From positions 96,001 through 160,000 of the forward strand of contig CAVQNG010000003.1 in NCBI GenBank assembly GCA_963713825.1: a DNA stretch of 64,000 bases, read 5' to 3'. Source of the stretch: an uncultured Acidobacteriota bacterium (GTDB taxonomy: Bacteria > Acidobacteriota > Thermoanaerobaculia > Multivoradales > JAHEKO01). The position numbers and the translations under genes are program-made. A model generated the notes under the pieces. That model ran no database searches. It saw only the letters and a list, made by a program, of their open reading frames with translations, and had not been told where the DNA came from. This document shows, in pieces, positions 1 to 9,564 of this stretch; the first letter of the stretch is position 1; every line of letters begins with the position of its first letter.

Positions 1-563
1 ATGATGTCGCGCATGTAGCGGGTCTTGAGATGCCGGGCGACTGACTGATGCATGCTGCGGAAGAGGTCGAATTTCGGGAACTTGAGCAGACCGTAGAAAT
101 CCCGGAATTCGTCCGAATTGTCGAGACCCTTCTCGAAGTAGCCCTCGTTGACCAGGTTGTAGAGATCCCGCGAGTAGTCGAGGAAGCGTCGAAATGCGGC
201 CGGATCCTCGCCGACCTTGAGCAGCTCCGCTTCCATCAGGTCCGCTTCGGGATAAAGGTCGACGACCGTACCGTCCTCGAAGAAGTTCCGCCAGTGTGGC
301 CTCAGCGTGCGGATCGGGATGTAGTCCTCCATCCGCTTGCCCGAGCGCTCGAACAGCCGACGAAACAGGTGCGGCAGCGTGAGGATCGACGGCCCAAGAT
401 CGAAGGTGTAACCCTCGGCTTTGAGCTCGTTGAGCTTGCCACCGATCTGCGGGTTCTTGTCGAACAGCGTCACGACATAGCCTTCCTGGGCCAGAGAGAT
501 GGCGGCGGAGATGCCACCGAGACCGGCCCCCACGACAGCAACACTTCTCCGGTGTTCGCTCAC
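1..563 (-). CDS. crtP: Phytoene desaturase-family oxidase, CrtP/CrtNb-like (diapolycopene/diaponeurosporene oxygenase); partial, runs off the left edge
   Basis: Not in the ORF track; translated by hand from GTG at 563 (GGAGG upstream): MSEHRRSVAVVGAGLGGISAAISLAQEGY...GGKLNELKAEGYTFDLGPSILTLPHLF. FAD GxGxxG motif and the FDLGPSILT signature of CrtP-type enzymes; adjacent to an aldehyde dehydrogenase and crtN. Confidence 0.75.
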   Translation of the reverse strand, partial: MSEHRRSVAVVGAGLGGISAAISLAQEGYVVTLFDKNPQIGGKLNELKAEGYTFDLGPSILTLPHLFRRLFERSGKRMEDYIPIRTLRPHWRNFFEDGTVVDLYPEADLMEAELLKVGEDPAAFRRFLDYSRDLYNLVNEGYFEKGLDNSDEFRDFYGLLKFPKFDLFRSMHQSVARHLKTRYMRDI

Positions 564-588
564 GGAACTCCTCCCTTCTTCAGCTCCC

Positions 589-595
589 TATAATA
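589..595. promoter_or_regulatory. Candidate overlapping bidirectional -10 elements
   Basis: TATAAT on + (589-594) and TATTAT on - (595-590) in the 42-bp gap between divergent genes. Confidence 0.4.
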
Positions 596-605
596 AGCTG
601 TAGCC

Positions 606-1991
606 TTGATCGAGTCCGAGCCGGCACTCTCCCGGATGCGCGATTTCTTCTCCGGCGGCGCCACCCGCGACCTGGATTTTCGCGACAGCGCACTGCGCCG
701 GCTGGCGCGTATCATCGATGAGCGCGAAACACAGCTACTTGTGGCCCTGCACGCCGACCTGCGCAAGCCCGAACAGGAGGCCTGGGTCTCTGAGATCGGT
801 GTAGTGCTGACCGACATCGCCCATACCGTTCGCAAGATGCGGCGGTGGGCGCGGCCGCGGCGCCGTCCGCCAAGCTGGGGGCTGCGTCCGGCGAGAGCGA
901 GAGTCTACCCTGAGCCGCAGGGCGTGGTGCTGATTCTGGGTCCCTGGAACTACCCGTTCCAGCTGCTCTTCTCGCCACTCGTCGCCGCCTTGGCAGCGGG
1001 GAACTGTGTCTGTTTGAAGCCGTCCGAGCTGGCGCCGGAGGTTTCGAAGGTCATGCGGGCGATCGTGGACGGCGCGTTCGAGCCCGGCCATGTGACCCTG
1101 ATCGAGGGAGACGCAGAGGTCGCGAGGCGGCTGGTCGGTCAGGACTTCGATCACATCTTCCTCACCGGGAGCGCGGAGGTCGGCCGGCAGGTGATGGGCG
1201 CCGCGGCGGCCAACCTCACGCCGGTCACGCTGGAGCTGGGCGGCAAGTGCCCCTGCGTCGTCGCGTCTGATGCGCGGCTCGATGTGGCCGCCCGTCGCAT
1301 CGCTTGGGGCAAATTCCTCAACGCCGGGCAGACCTGTGTCGCACCCGATCACGTTTTTGTGCACCTCTCGTTGCAGCAAAGCTTCCTGGAGGCGATGAAG
1401 GCGACGCTGCTCGAGTTCTTCGGCGACGATCCCCGTCAGAGCTCGGACTTCGGCCGCATGCTCAACCGGTCTCAGTTCGAGCGCCTCAAGGGCTACCTGA
1501 ATCAGGGCCGGGTCGTCCACGGCGGGCAGATCGACGAAGACGAGTTGTTCATCGCGCCGACCGTGCTGGCCGACCCGCACCCGGACGCGAACCTTCTCGA
1601 GGAGGAGATCTTCGGTCCGGTTCTGCCCGTGCTGACCTACGAAGACCTGGACGAGCTGCTGGCCGCTCTAGGGACGAGGCCGACCCCGCTGGCGATCTAT
1701 CTGTTCAGCGAAGACCCACGCGTCCAGCGGCGATTCGTGGCTGACAGCGTCTCGGGCGGGGTGGCCATCAACGACGTGGTAAACCAGATCGTACCCAAGG
1801 AGCTCCCCTTCGGCGGAGTCGGCGTGAGCGGCATGGGTCGTTATCATGGCAAGTATGGGTTCGACTGCTTCACGAACTACCGGAGCGTGCTGCACCGCTC
1901 GACGCGCATCGATCCGGGGTTCCAGTACCCGCCGGCGCAGGTGCCGCTGAGGACAGTGAAGCGGGCGTACCGCTGGATGTTCAGGAACTGA
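606..1991 (+). CDS. Aldehyde dehydrogenase (ALDH3-like), probably the carotenoid-dial dehydrogenase (CrtNc/AldH type)
   Basis: PWNYP, KPSE, LTGS, LELGGK, NAGQTCVAPD, EEIFGP, PFGG motifs; located between crt genes. Confidence 0.85.
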   Translation: MIESEPALSRMRDFFSGGATRDLDFRDSALRRLARIIDERETQLLVALHADLRKPEQEAWVSEIGVVLTDIAHTVRKMRRWARPRRRPPSWGLRPARARVYPEPQGVVLILGPWNYPFQLLFSPLVAALAAGNCVCLKPSELAPEVSKVMRAIVDGAFEPGHVTLIEGDAEVARRLVGQDFDHIFLTGSAEVGRQVMGAAAANLTPVTLELGGKCPCVVASDARLDVAARRIAWGKFLNAGQTCVAPDHVFVHLSLQQSFLEAMKATLLEFFGDDPRQSSDFGRMLNRSQFERLKGYLNQGRVVHGGQIDEDELFIAPTVLADPHPDANLLEEEIFGPVLPVLTYEDLDELLAALGTRPTPLAIYLFSEDPRVQRRFVADSVSGGVAINDVVNQIVPKELPFGGVGVSGMGRYHGKYGFDCFTNYRSVLHRSTRIDPGFQYPPAQVPLRTVKRAYRWMFRN

Positions 1992-2001
1992 GGGGGGAAA
2001 G

Positions 2002-3501
2002 ATGAGCAGGCAAGTCTCTGACAAGCACGTCATCGTGACCGGCGCCGGGCCGGGTGGGCTGACCGCGGCGATGATCCTCGCCCGGCGAGGGTGTCGGGTC
2101 AGCGTCTTCGAGAGCAAAGATACCGTTGGCGGTCGCAACGCGGCGATGCAGGCAGGGCCGTACAAGTTCGACATCGGCCCCACGTTCCTGATGCTGAAGG
2201 AAATTCTCGACAGCTCGTTCGAGGATGCCGGTGCCGTCTGTGACGAGCGGCTGGAGATGAGGAAGCTCGATCCGATGTACCGCTTGCAGTTCGCCGACAA
2301 GCGCTTGGATCCCACCGACAACCACGAGGCCATGAAACAGGAGATCGAGCGCTGCTTTCCGGGACACGGCAGCTGCTATGACGAGTTTCTGCGCAGTGAG
2401 GGAAAACGCTACGAGAAGCTCTTTCCCTGTTTGGAGGTACCCTACTCCAAGGCCTCGAGTTTGCTGTCCTGGCAGCTGATTTCCGCCGTGCCGCACATCG
2501 CGCTCGGGCGTTCGCTCTTCGACGTGATGTACAAGATCTTCGGCAACGAGGAATTGGCGCTGGCCTTCACCTTTCAGTCCAAGTACCTGGGGATGTCACC
2601 CTGGAACTGCCCGGGTCTGTTCGCCATCATTCCTTACATCGAGCACTCGGGAGGGATCTACCACCCGATCGGTGGTTTGAGCACCATCTCGGACGCCATG
2701 GCCGACATCGCCCGTGAGCACGGCGCCGAGATCCACCTGAACACTCCGGTCGAGCGTGTGCTGGTCGAGGGGCGCAGAACTGTCGGCGTCCGTCTCGCTG
2801 GCGGTGAGGAGGTGCGCGGCGACGAGGTGGTGATCAATGCGGACTTCGGTTACGCGATGTCGAAGCTGTTCGAGCCCGGCCGGATCCGCAAGTACACGCC
2901 GTCGCGGCTTTCGAGGATGGCGATCTCCTGCTCTACCTTCATGCTCTACCTCGGCGTCGACAAGGTCTATGATCTGCCGCATCACACGATATTCTTCGCG
3001 GAGGACTACCGGAACAACGTCGAGTCGGTATTCGAGGGCCGGGATCTCAACGGTGATATCTCGATGTATGTCCGCAACGCCGACGTCACCGATCCGACGC
3101 TCTCGCCCACGGGTCACTCATCGCTCTATATCCTGGTGCCGGTGCCAAACCTGCGAGGCAAGCCGGACTGGGACAACGAGAAAGAGGCCTTCCGCGAGCT
3201 GACCCTGGACTCTCTGGCGAAACGGGCCGGCATGACCGACCTGCGCGAGCACATTGTGGAGGAGCGGATGATCACGCCGCTCGACTGGCGCGATGGAGCC
3301 AACGTCTACGAGGGCGCCACATTCAACCTGGCGCACAACTGGCCGCAGCTGATCTACCTGCGGCCGCGGAACAAGTTCGAGGAGTTCGACAACTGCTATC
3401 TCGTCGGTGGTGGCACCCACCCGGGCAGCGGCTTGCCAACGATCTATCAATCGGGGCGTATCGCCGCTAACCTGATCACCGGCAACAGCTCGGCCGGCTA
3501 G
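2002..3501 (+). CDS. crtN: Diapophytoene desaturase (CrtN/CrtI family)
   Basis: GAGPGG FAD motif, FDIGPTFL, FTFQSKYLGMSPW, C-terminal YLVGGGTHPGSGLPTIY. Confidence 0.8.
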   Translation: MSRQVSDKHVIVTGAGPGGLTAAMILARRGCRVSVFESKDTVGGRNAAMQAGPYKFDIGPTFLMLKEILDSSFEDAGAVCDERLEMRKLDPMYRLQFADKRLDPTDNHEAMKQEIERCFPGHGSCYDEFLRSEGKRYEKLFPCLEVPYSKASSLLSWQLISAVPHIALGRSLFDVMYKIFGNEELALAFTFQSKYLGMSPWNCPGLFAIIPYIEHSGGIYHPIGGLSTISDAMADIAREHGAEIHLNTPVERVLVEGRRTVGVRLAGGEEVRGDEVVINADFGYAMSKLFEPGRIRKYTPSRLSRMAISCSTFMLYLGVDKVYDLPHHTIFFAEDYRNNVESVFEGRDLNGDISMYVRNADVTDPTLSPTGHSSLYILVPVPNLRGKPDWDNEKEAFRELTLDSLAKRAGMTDLREHIVEERMITPLDWRDGANVYEGATFNLAHNWPQLIYLRPRNKFEEFDNCYLVGGGTHPGSGLPTIYQSGRIAANLITGNSSAG

Positions 3502-3771
3502 GCTGACTCCTGCCTGCCGAGAAAGGTATGCCAGCCCGGACCGACGCTGACGGGGTGAAGCGTGCGTGGAGGGGTTAGCAACGCAACGAGCCGTGGCGCA
3601 GGAAAGCGAATGGGGACCGTAGGTCAGCCGAACCCAGAACTCGAAGTGCTGCAGAAGTACTCGCCGCAAGCTGGTAAGGGGATGGGTCCAGTCGAGCGCG
3701 ACCGAGCTGATCACCGCGCTGCTTGCAGCGACCATGGTCTTACTCGGACTGCCCCGCTGGATTGCGCGCGG

Positions 3772-4269
3772 TTGGGAGCGGGTGGGAGGCGCGAGGGCAC
3801 GAGTGCTCGCCCTTTCTTCTGGGTCGTTCTGCTGATGGCCTGCCTAGGCTGCGCCACGCGGTCCACGAAGCCAGCGCCCGTCTCGCTGACGCCCGAGGGT
3901 GTTGGAACGATCAGCTTGACGATCGAGATCCATGGGCTCCAGAGCGACCTGGGCTCGGTGGCGGTGGCGCTGTTCGACTCGGCCGAGAGCTTCGAGCGAC
4001 GAACCGACGCCATCGCGTCGCAGACCTTGGCTCCCCGGGACGGGTATGCGACCTGGAACGTGGCGGATCTCCCGGCAGGCACCTATGCGGTGGCGGTCTA
4101 TCACGACCTCGACGACAACGGCGAGCTCGACCGCACGACCCTGGGCCCGCCGGCTGAGCCCTACGGCTTCTCGAACGATGCGCGGCGCACCTTCGGCCCG
4201 CCCGGGTTCGACAGCGCCGCGATCGAGCTGCCGCCCGGCCGACACACCATCCGGATCCGGGTGCGCTGA
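3772..4269 (+). CDS. DUF2141-family protein, probable lipoprotein (start uncertain; ORF open from 3562)
   Basis: LLMACLGC lipobox-like segment; GTYAVAVYHDLDDNGELD...PAEPYGFSND...FGPP signature. Confidence 0.75.
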   Translation: MGAGGRREGTSARPFFWVVLLMACLGCATRSTKPAPVSLTPEGVGTISLTIEIHGLQSDLGSVAVALFDSAESFERRTDAIASQTLAPRDGYATWNVADLPAGTYAVAVYHDLDDNGELDRTTLGPPAEPYGFSNDARRTFGPPGFDSAAIELPPGRHTIRIRVR

Positions 4270-4573
4270 AAGGGCGACGCTTTGTGAATTTGTCGAGGCT
4301 CACTCCACCCCTACGAATCGCGCAGTGAAGTTGCTTTGCCTCGAGAGTTAGTAGCACCCCTTATGGTGGGAATCCCTGCGCTCAGGGAGGTTTGATCGAT
4401 AGAGCAGGACAGTTTCCAGGCGCTTGGCCTGGTAGGGATCCAACTAGACCCTAGCGCTCGCGCAGACGAGCCTCTGCCTCATCAAAGAGGCGCGGAGGGT
4501 GCCCCCTGCTCGAGGAGTGGGGCGCTTCTTCGAGTGTGATAGCCGGCCTATCGGCATCACCCTTGTGAAAGAC

Positions 4574-5227
4574 CTATTCCGGGTACTGTGCGTCCAGCTC
4601 CGATTGGATCAATTGCCCCAACTGCCTGTAACCGAAGGTTTGCAGCGGTTTGCCGTTCACAAAGTAACCTGGAGTCTTCTGAACATTCAGAGCTTTCACG
4701 TCGGCCATGTCTTGTTCAATGATCCTGGCAATAACGGGGCTATGCATATCCTTCTTGATGCGCTCGATGTCGACCCCTGCCCCGGGAAGAACCTCCCATA
4801 ACCTCTGTGGTTGATAGTCATGGTGGCTGGCCCAGATGTTCTGGGTTCGAAACATGAGTTCCAGGGTTTCCCAGTACTTCCCCTGCATTCCGGCGGCTTC
4901 AAGAATCTTGACGAAGTCATCAGCGCCCTCATGGAAAGGGGCGTAGCGCAGAACCAGTTTGATCTTGCCGGGATTGGCAGCCATGATCTGTTGGATGAAT
5001 GGAGCAAAGGCGGCGCAGGTTTCGCAGGCCGGGTCCATGAACTCAACCAGATAGACCTTCGCATCATCACTGCCAAGTGTCTGCGAATGGGCTCTGACAA
5101 AGAGCTCAGCGTTGTCTGCCGCCAGGAAACCGTACTTCTGAGCCTGGCTATCTTTGTAGTAGTTGCTGGCGATCACAAAGCCCAAAATCAGTAGCAGGCA
5201 GGTGACTCCAACGAGCGCGTATTTCAT
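4574..5227 (-). CDS. dsbA: DsbA-family thiol-disulfide oxidoreductase (BdbD-like)
   Basis: N-terminal anchor, EFMDPACETC (CxxC), cis-Pro loop KTPGYFVNG. Confidence 0.85.
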   Translation of the reverse strand: MKYALVGVTCLLLILGFVIASNYYKDSQAQKYGFLAADNAELFVRAHSQTLGSDDAKVYLVEFMDPACETCAAFAPFIQQIMAANPGKIKLVLRYAPFHEGADDFVKILEAAGMQGKYWETLELMFRTQNIWASHHDYQPQRLWEVLPGAGVDIERIKKDMHSPVIARIIEQDMADVKALNVQKTPGYFVNGKPLQTFGYRQLGQLIQSELDAQYPE

Positions 5228-5682
5228 TTGGATGTTCTCCTTCTCAGGATGATCAACACTGTTACCAATATTGAGAATGCGAAGAATGACAGCATCGGGA
5301 TCGAGATAAACCCGAACAGCTCGAGGTACTTCTCTGTGCAGGAAACACCCTTCGAGCAGGCCTGAATGCCTTCCGGGATGATCCCGGCATAGAGCAGGGA
5401 ATGATAGAAGGCCGTCAGGCCTCCGGCTATGGAGAGTGGCAGGGCGTACTTGATGACGCTCTTGTCAAAGGCGGGGAAAAGACCCGCTGCAAGAATGAGG
5501 ATCAAGGGAAACAGGCAGATCCGCTGGTACCAACAGAGGACACAGGGCTGATACTCCAGAACAGAACTGAAAAAGATGCTGATCGTGGCTGAGACACTGA
5601 CGAGAAGCCAACACAGAAAAAGCAGCGTCCAGTTCGTGTTGGTGGATCTGTCAGATTGTGACATCTGTGAATTCTCCAACAT
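5224..5682 (-). CDS. dsbB: Disulfide bond formation protein DsbB (BdbC-like)
   Basis: PCVLCWYQRI motif, second Cys pair CSKGVSC, 4 TM helices; ATGA overlap with dsbA. Confidence 0.88.
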   Translation of the reverse strand: MLENSQMSQSDRSTNTNWTLLFLCWLLVSVSATISIFFSSVLEYQPCVLCWYQRICLFPLILILAAGLFPAFDKSVIKYALPLSIAGGLTAFYHSLLYAGIIPEGIQACSKGVSCTEKYLELFGFISIPMLSFFAFSILVTVLIILRRRTSK

Positions 5683-5724
5683 CTGGTGATGATTGAGACG
5701 AGAATCGTAGTCTATTGACGCATT

Positions 5725-6957
5725 TCACCCGGCCAGTTCCCGCCAGATCGATTCGGTTCTGCGGAACACCGATGCCCAGGTGAAGGCGTCCAGGTCGGGA
5801 GGGGATTCACGCGGCCGGTCCAAGGAGTCTGCCAGCGCCGAGGCGAGATCGTCCGTGAAGCGGGGCAGGTCGGCGGCCACGGGCTGGTCGACGTTCTCCA
5901 ATCGCGGGAGCTCCACCAGCCGGATGACCGGGCCGAGGCCGGGCGCGATCTGTTCGCGCACCCCGGGGAGGTCGGTGCTGACGAGGCGGCAACCGCAGGC
6001 GGCAGCCTCGACCAGGACTAGCGGGACCCCTTCGTAGAACGAAGGCAGCACGCAGACGGCGCAACGGCGCATGAGATCGGCCAGGGCCGGTTGGTCGAGC
6101 TGGCCGTGCATCGTCACCAGGGGTACGAGATCTTCCATGCGGGCCCGCAGGGCCTCGGCCTCGGCACCGCTCCCCCCTCCGGCGACGTGGAGCCGCAGCC
6201 CGGGGTGATCGGGCGCGAGTCTTTCGACTGCATCCAACAGCCAGGGCAGGCCCTTGGCCGCGCTGTATTTCCCCACGTAGAGTGCATGATCCGGCGAAGG
6301 ACCGTCGCCGCCGGGCTGCGGATGAAAGAGCTCGTCCCGGTAGCCGGCCCGGGTCACCGCGATGCGCCCGGGGTCGACCTGGAGGGTTGCCGCGAGGGTA
6401 TCGCGGTGGTCGTTGCGCAGGACACTGAACCGGTCGATGCGGCGGCACCCCTCGATGACCTCGTCCCGCAGGTGGGGGGTCAGCTCCATCTGGCGCAGCC
6501 CTGTGGCGTGACAGACAGCCACGATCGGAACGCCCGGGGCAGCGTCGGGAATCAGCGAGCTCATGAGCCAGATGTGGTTGGTCTGGATGATGTCGGGTTG
6601 AAAGCCGCGGACTACTTCACCGATACGGTGGCCCCAAACGGTGCGGTAGGCAGCGAGGTCACCTGGAGTCAGGCGGGACCAGACCGAACTGGGGTAGGGC
6701 ATGACGTCGCTCATGCCTGGCACAGGGAAAGGTAGGTCTTCCCCGGCGGGTCCGGATCCGGCCCGGAAGGTGACCGTGTGGATGTCCGCCGCCGGCAATT
6801 CGCCCACCCGGGGCGTGGTTTCGGACACCGGGACCCCCACGAGGGCCTTCTGGCGCCAACCCGCGGCGGCAGCCTGGCGGACCAGGGCGTCGAGGGTCAC
6901 CCCGCTTCCGGTCCTACCGGGTCGCTGGGACAATATGTGCAAGACCTTGCCGGACAT
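5725..6957 (-). CDS. Glycosyltransferase family 4 (GT-B)
   Basis: LYVGKYSAAKG and LPSFYEGVPLVLVEAAACG (ExE7 motif). Confidence 0.88.
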   Translation of the reverse strand: MSGKVLHILSQRPGRTGSGVTLDALVRQAAAAGWRQKALVGVPVSETTPRVGELPAADIHTVTFRAGSGPAGEDLPFPVPGMSDVMPYPSSVWSRLTPGDLAAYRTVWGHRIGEVVRGFQPDIIQTNHIWLMSSLIPDAAPGVPIVAVCHATGLRQMELTPHLRDEVIEGCRRIDRFSVLRNDHRDTLAATLQVDPGRIAVTRAGYRDELFHPQPGGDGPSPDHALYVGKYSAAKGLPWLLDAVERLAPDHPGLRLHVAGGGSGAEAEALRARMEDLVPLVTMHGQLDQPALADLMRRCAVCVLPSFYEGVPLVLVEAAACGCRLVSTDLPGVREQIAPGLGPVIRLVELPRLENVDQPVAADLPRFTDDLASALADSLDRPRESPPDLDAFTWASVFRRTESIWRELAG

Positions 6958-7012
6958 TTCACCTCGACCACTCTGAGTTCAGCTCCCTCAGTTCCCGAAC
7001 GATAGCCCAAGG

Positions 7013-7270
7013 ATGAACAGTCGAAAAGCTCCCTTCGCGCAGGAGCCTGTCCGCGAAACGTGTCGGATTGGGAGATCGCTTCTCCGCGCGGTGGGGTCGT
7101 GTGCTGCGATCATCTTGCTGATACTGGTCATCACCCTGTTGGCGATCGCGATCCGGCAGGTCGAGCGCCGGAACAGCGGCGCAGAGAGTCTTCCGGCGCA
7201 CTCAGCTTCGGTGAGCTTCCCGACACTCGACTCTGCGCCCGAAACCGTGACCACGACTCGGATAAGATAG
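7013..7270 (+). CDS. Hypothetical small single-TM protein
   Basis: 85-aa ORF with one strongly hydrophobic segment (AAIILLILVITLLAIAI) filling an intergenic gap; weak RBS. Confidence 0.3.
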   Translation: MNSRKAPFAQEPVRETCRIGRSLLRAVGSCAAIILLILVITLLAIAIRQVERRNSGAESLPAHSASVSFPTLDSAPETVTTTRIR

Positions 7271-7467
7271 CTTCGAAGGGATGGCGTCCCAATCGGGACG
7301 CTCTTCCACCCAGTCGAGCAGGCGGCAAGAATGTCTGCCAATGACCCCACCCAAAGACGCTTCCGGCGGCCAACGCCTCGCCGTGGCCGATGTCAGTCGA
7401 CGCCCTGGCGAACAGGGCTGACCCCAGATCCATGGCCGGCGGAAGAGCGGACCAGAGGAGGTGCACG

Positions 7468-8976
7468 ATGACTCGATGGCTACTTGTCGCTAGTCCCATG
7501 CTCCTGTTGATTGCGCCACCTGGGCTCGCGCAAGAACCACCTCCGATGAGCGAGGCCAGCGAGACGTGCTTGATGTGTCACGAGGTCCTGCACCCCGGCA
7601 TCGTCAGCGGCTGGAAGTCGAGTCGGCACGCGCAGGTCACGCCTGCCATGGCGATGGCCGTCGAGGACCTCGGCCGTAAGGTGTCGAGCGAGGACGTGCC
7701 GCAAGAGTTGACCGGAGTCGTGGTGGGTTGTGCGGAGTGCCACACGTTGCGACCCGGAGAACATGCCGGCACGTTCGAACACAATGATGCTCAAGTGCAC
7801 ATCGTTGTCAGTCCCCAAGACTGTGCCGTGTGCCACACCGTCGAGGCGGCGCAGTACTCGCAGAACATCATGGCCCACGCACATGGCAATCTCGAGAACA
7901 ACGCGGTGTACCAGGATCTCCAGCACCATGTCCTGGGCGCCCCGACGCGGATCGACGGGGAGCTCTCGTTCGAGCCGCCGAGTGCGGACACCAAAGCTCT
8001 TGGGTGCCTCTACTGCCACGGGACAAGTCTGGCCGTTACGGGTGTCGAAACCCGGGATACGGACCTGGGTGAGATGGAGTTTCCGGTGATCGACGGCTGG
8101 CCGAACCATGGGGTTGGCCGCGTGAACCTGGACGGCAGCCTCGGCTCCTGCTCGCCCTGTCATGCACGACATGCGTTCTCGCTGGAGACGGCCAGGAAGC
8201 CCTACACCTGCAAGCAGTGTCACGTCGGGCCCGACGTGCCGGTTTACAAGGTCTACTCCGCGAGCAAGCACGGAAATATCTTCCACACCAAGCAGCACGA
8301 GTGGAATTTCGACGCGGTGCCCTGGGTGATCGGCAGAGACTTCACGGCCCCGACCTGTGCCGCCTGTCACGTCAGCCTGGTGGTTGACGCGGACGGGGAG
8401 CTCGTCGCCCAGCGCACGCACCAGATGAACAATCGGATCTCCTGGAGGATCTTCGGCCTCGTCTATTCGCACGCCCATCCCAAGGATCCCGACACCACCA
8501 AGATCCGCAACAAGGATGGCTTACCCCTGCCTACGGCGTTTGACGGCACCCCTGCAGCCGACTTTCTGATCGGCCCCGAAGAGCAGGCGAAGAGGCGAGC
8601 CGAGATGGAGGCCATCTGCCTCAAGTGCCACGGGACCTCCTGGGTGAAAGGTCACTTCGCACGCTACGACAAGTCTCACCAGACGACCAATGCCGCCACG
8701 CTCACGGCGACGGGCACGCTGCAGGAGATCTGGGACCTCGGAGCGGCGGAGGGACCCTCCGCAGGAGGCAGCCCGTTCGATGAGGCGATCGAACGGGAGT
8801 GGACTGATATCTGGCTGCTGTACTCCAACTCGATACGGTTCGCCTCAGCGATGGCAGGCGGCGGGGACTATGCCGTTTTCGCCGACGGCTACTACACGCA
8901 CGCGAAGCGGGTTGCCGAGCTGCAGGAGTGGCTCGAAGAACGCCGGAGCTCAGGCGAGCGCTCAGAAAGCAAGTAG
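7468..8976 (+). CDS. Octaheme cytochrome c, hydroxylamine oxidoreductase (HAO) family
   Basis: GGAGG RBS, signal peptide MTRWLLVASPMLLLIAPPGLAQ, eight CxxCH motifs (CLMCH, CAECH, CAVCH, CLYCH, CSPCH, CKQCH, CAACH, CLKCH), HAO-type PNHGVGRVNLDGSLGSC and SKHG segments. Confidence 0.85.
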   Translation: MTRWLLVASPMLLLIAPPGLAQEPPPMSEASETCLMCHEVLHPGIVSGWKSSRHAQVTPAMAMAVEDLGRKVSSEDVPQELTGVVVGCAECHTLRPGEHAGTFEHNDAQVHIVVSPQDCAVCHTVEAAQYSQNIMAHAHGNLENNAVYQDLQHHVLGAPTRIDGELSFEPPSADTKALGCLYCHGTSLAVTGVETRDTDLGEMEFPVIDGWPNHGVGRVNLDGSLGSCSPCHARHAFSLETARKPYTCKQCHVGPDVPVYKVYSASKHGNIFHTKQHEWNFDAVPWVIGRDFTAPTCAACHVSLVVDADGELVAQRTHQMNNRISWRIFGLVYSHAHPKDPDTTKIRNKDGLPLPTAFDGTPAADFLIGPEEQAKRRAEMEAICLKCHGTSWVKGHFARYDKSHQTTNAATLTATGTLQEIWDLGAAEGPSAGGSPFDEAIEREWTDIWLLYSNSIRFASAMAGGGDYAVFADGYYTHAKRVAELQEWLEERRSSGERSESK

Positions 8977-9176
8977 GTCCCGGAGATGGGCCTGCACGCC
9001 GATCAGGAGGAGTGCGGCGCGGTCCAGATCGAGGTGTAGGGTTCCGTTCTTCTCGGCGTGCCAGGTTCGGAGTCTTCTTCCGGTCAACCGAAAAAGGTGG
9101 CGGCCATCGCCACGTGGTCTACAGAGACTGGTACTGAATCTCTGTCAAAGTGAGTTCGAGTTGAAAGGAGGAGGCG

Positions 9177-9564
9177 ATGAGCAGTTATCCGAGAGCCGCC
9201 CCGGGGCTGTTGGTGATCAACGGCTGTCGCCGTCGGTGTCGGGTACTTCGTCGGGCTTGGTCTGGTCGGTGAGAGGGCTGCGGAGGCTGCTGCCTCGCCG
9301 GTCAAGGCATTGGAACAGCTCGCCGTCTATGACCCGGGAACCGAGGATCTTGCACCGGAAGAGATCCGCGTGCGCATGGCCGCGGCCGACGAGGAGATCT
9401 GGCCGACGGATCCAACGCGACCCAAGGAGACGGCGGAAGGTGTTGGCGATTCGTTCTCCGATTTCACCAAGAGCGGCAGGGAGCCGATGACCGAGCTGGT
9501 GAATCAGATCTACGCCGACTTCAACGAGGCGAACGGCACCGACATCCAGATTGAGAAGCACTAG
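9177..9564 (+). pseudogene. Remnant of an exported MBL-fold hydrolase (GntH/RNase Z-like), frameshifted and internally deleted
   Basis: Strong AGGAGGAGG RBS; frameshift near 9220; ...VYDPGTEDLAPEEIRV joined directly to RMAAADEEIWP... (N- and C-terminal segments as recalled for this family) with no HxHxDH core. Confidence 0.5.

Noticed and set aside
48-593. 181-aa + strand ORF
   Set aside because: Antisense shadow of the crtP-like gene on the minus strand.
3502-4570. Riboswitch or ncRNA in the intergenic stretches around DUF2141
   Set aside because: I recognised no conserved aptamer motifs; an Rfam search would be needed.
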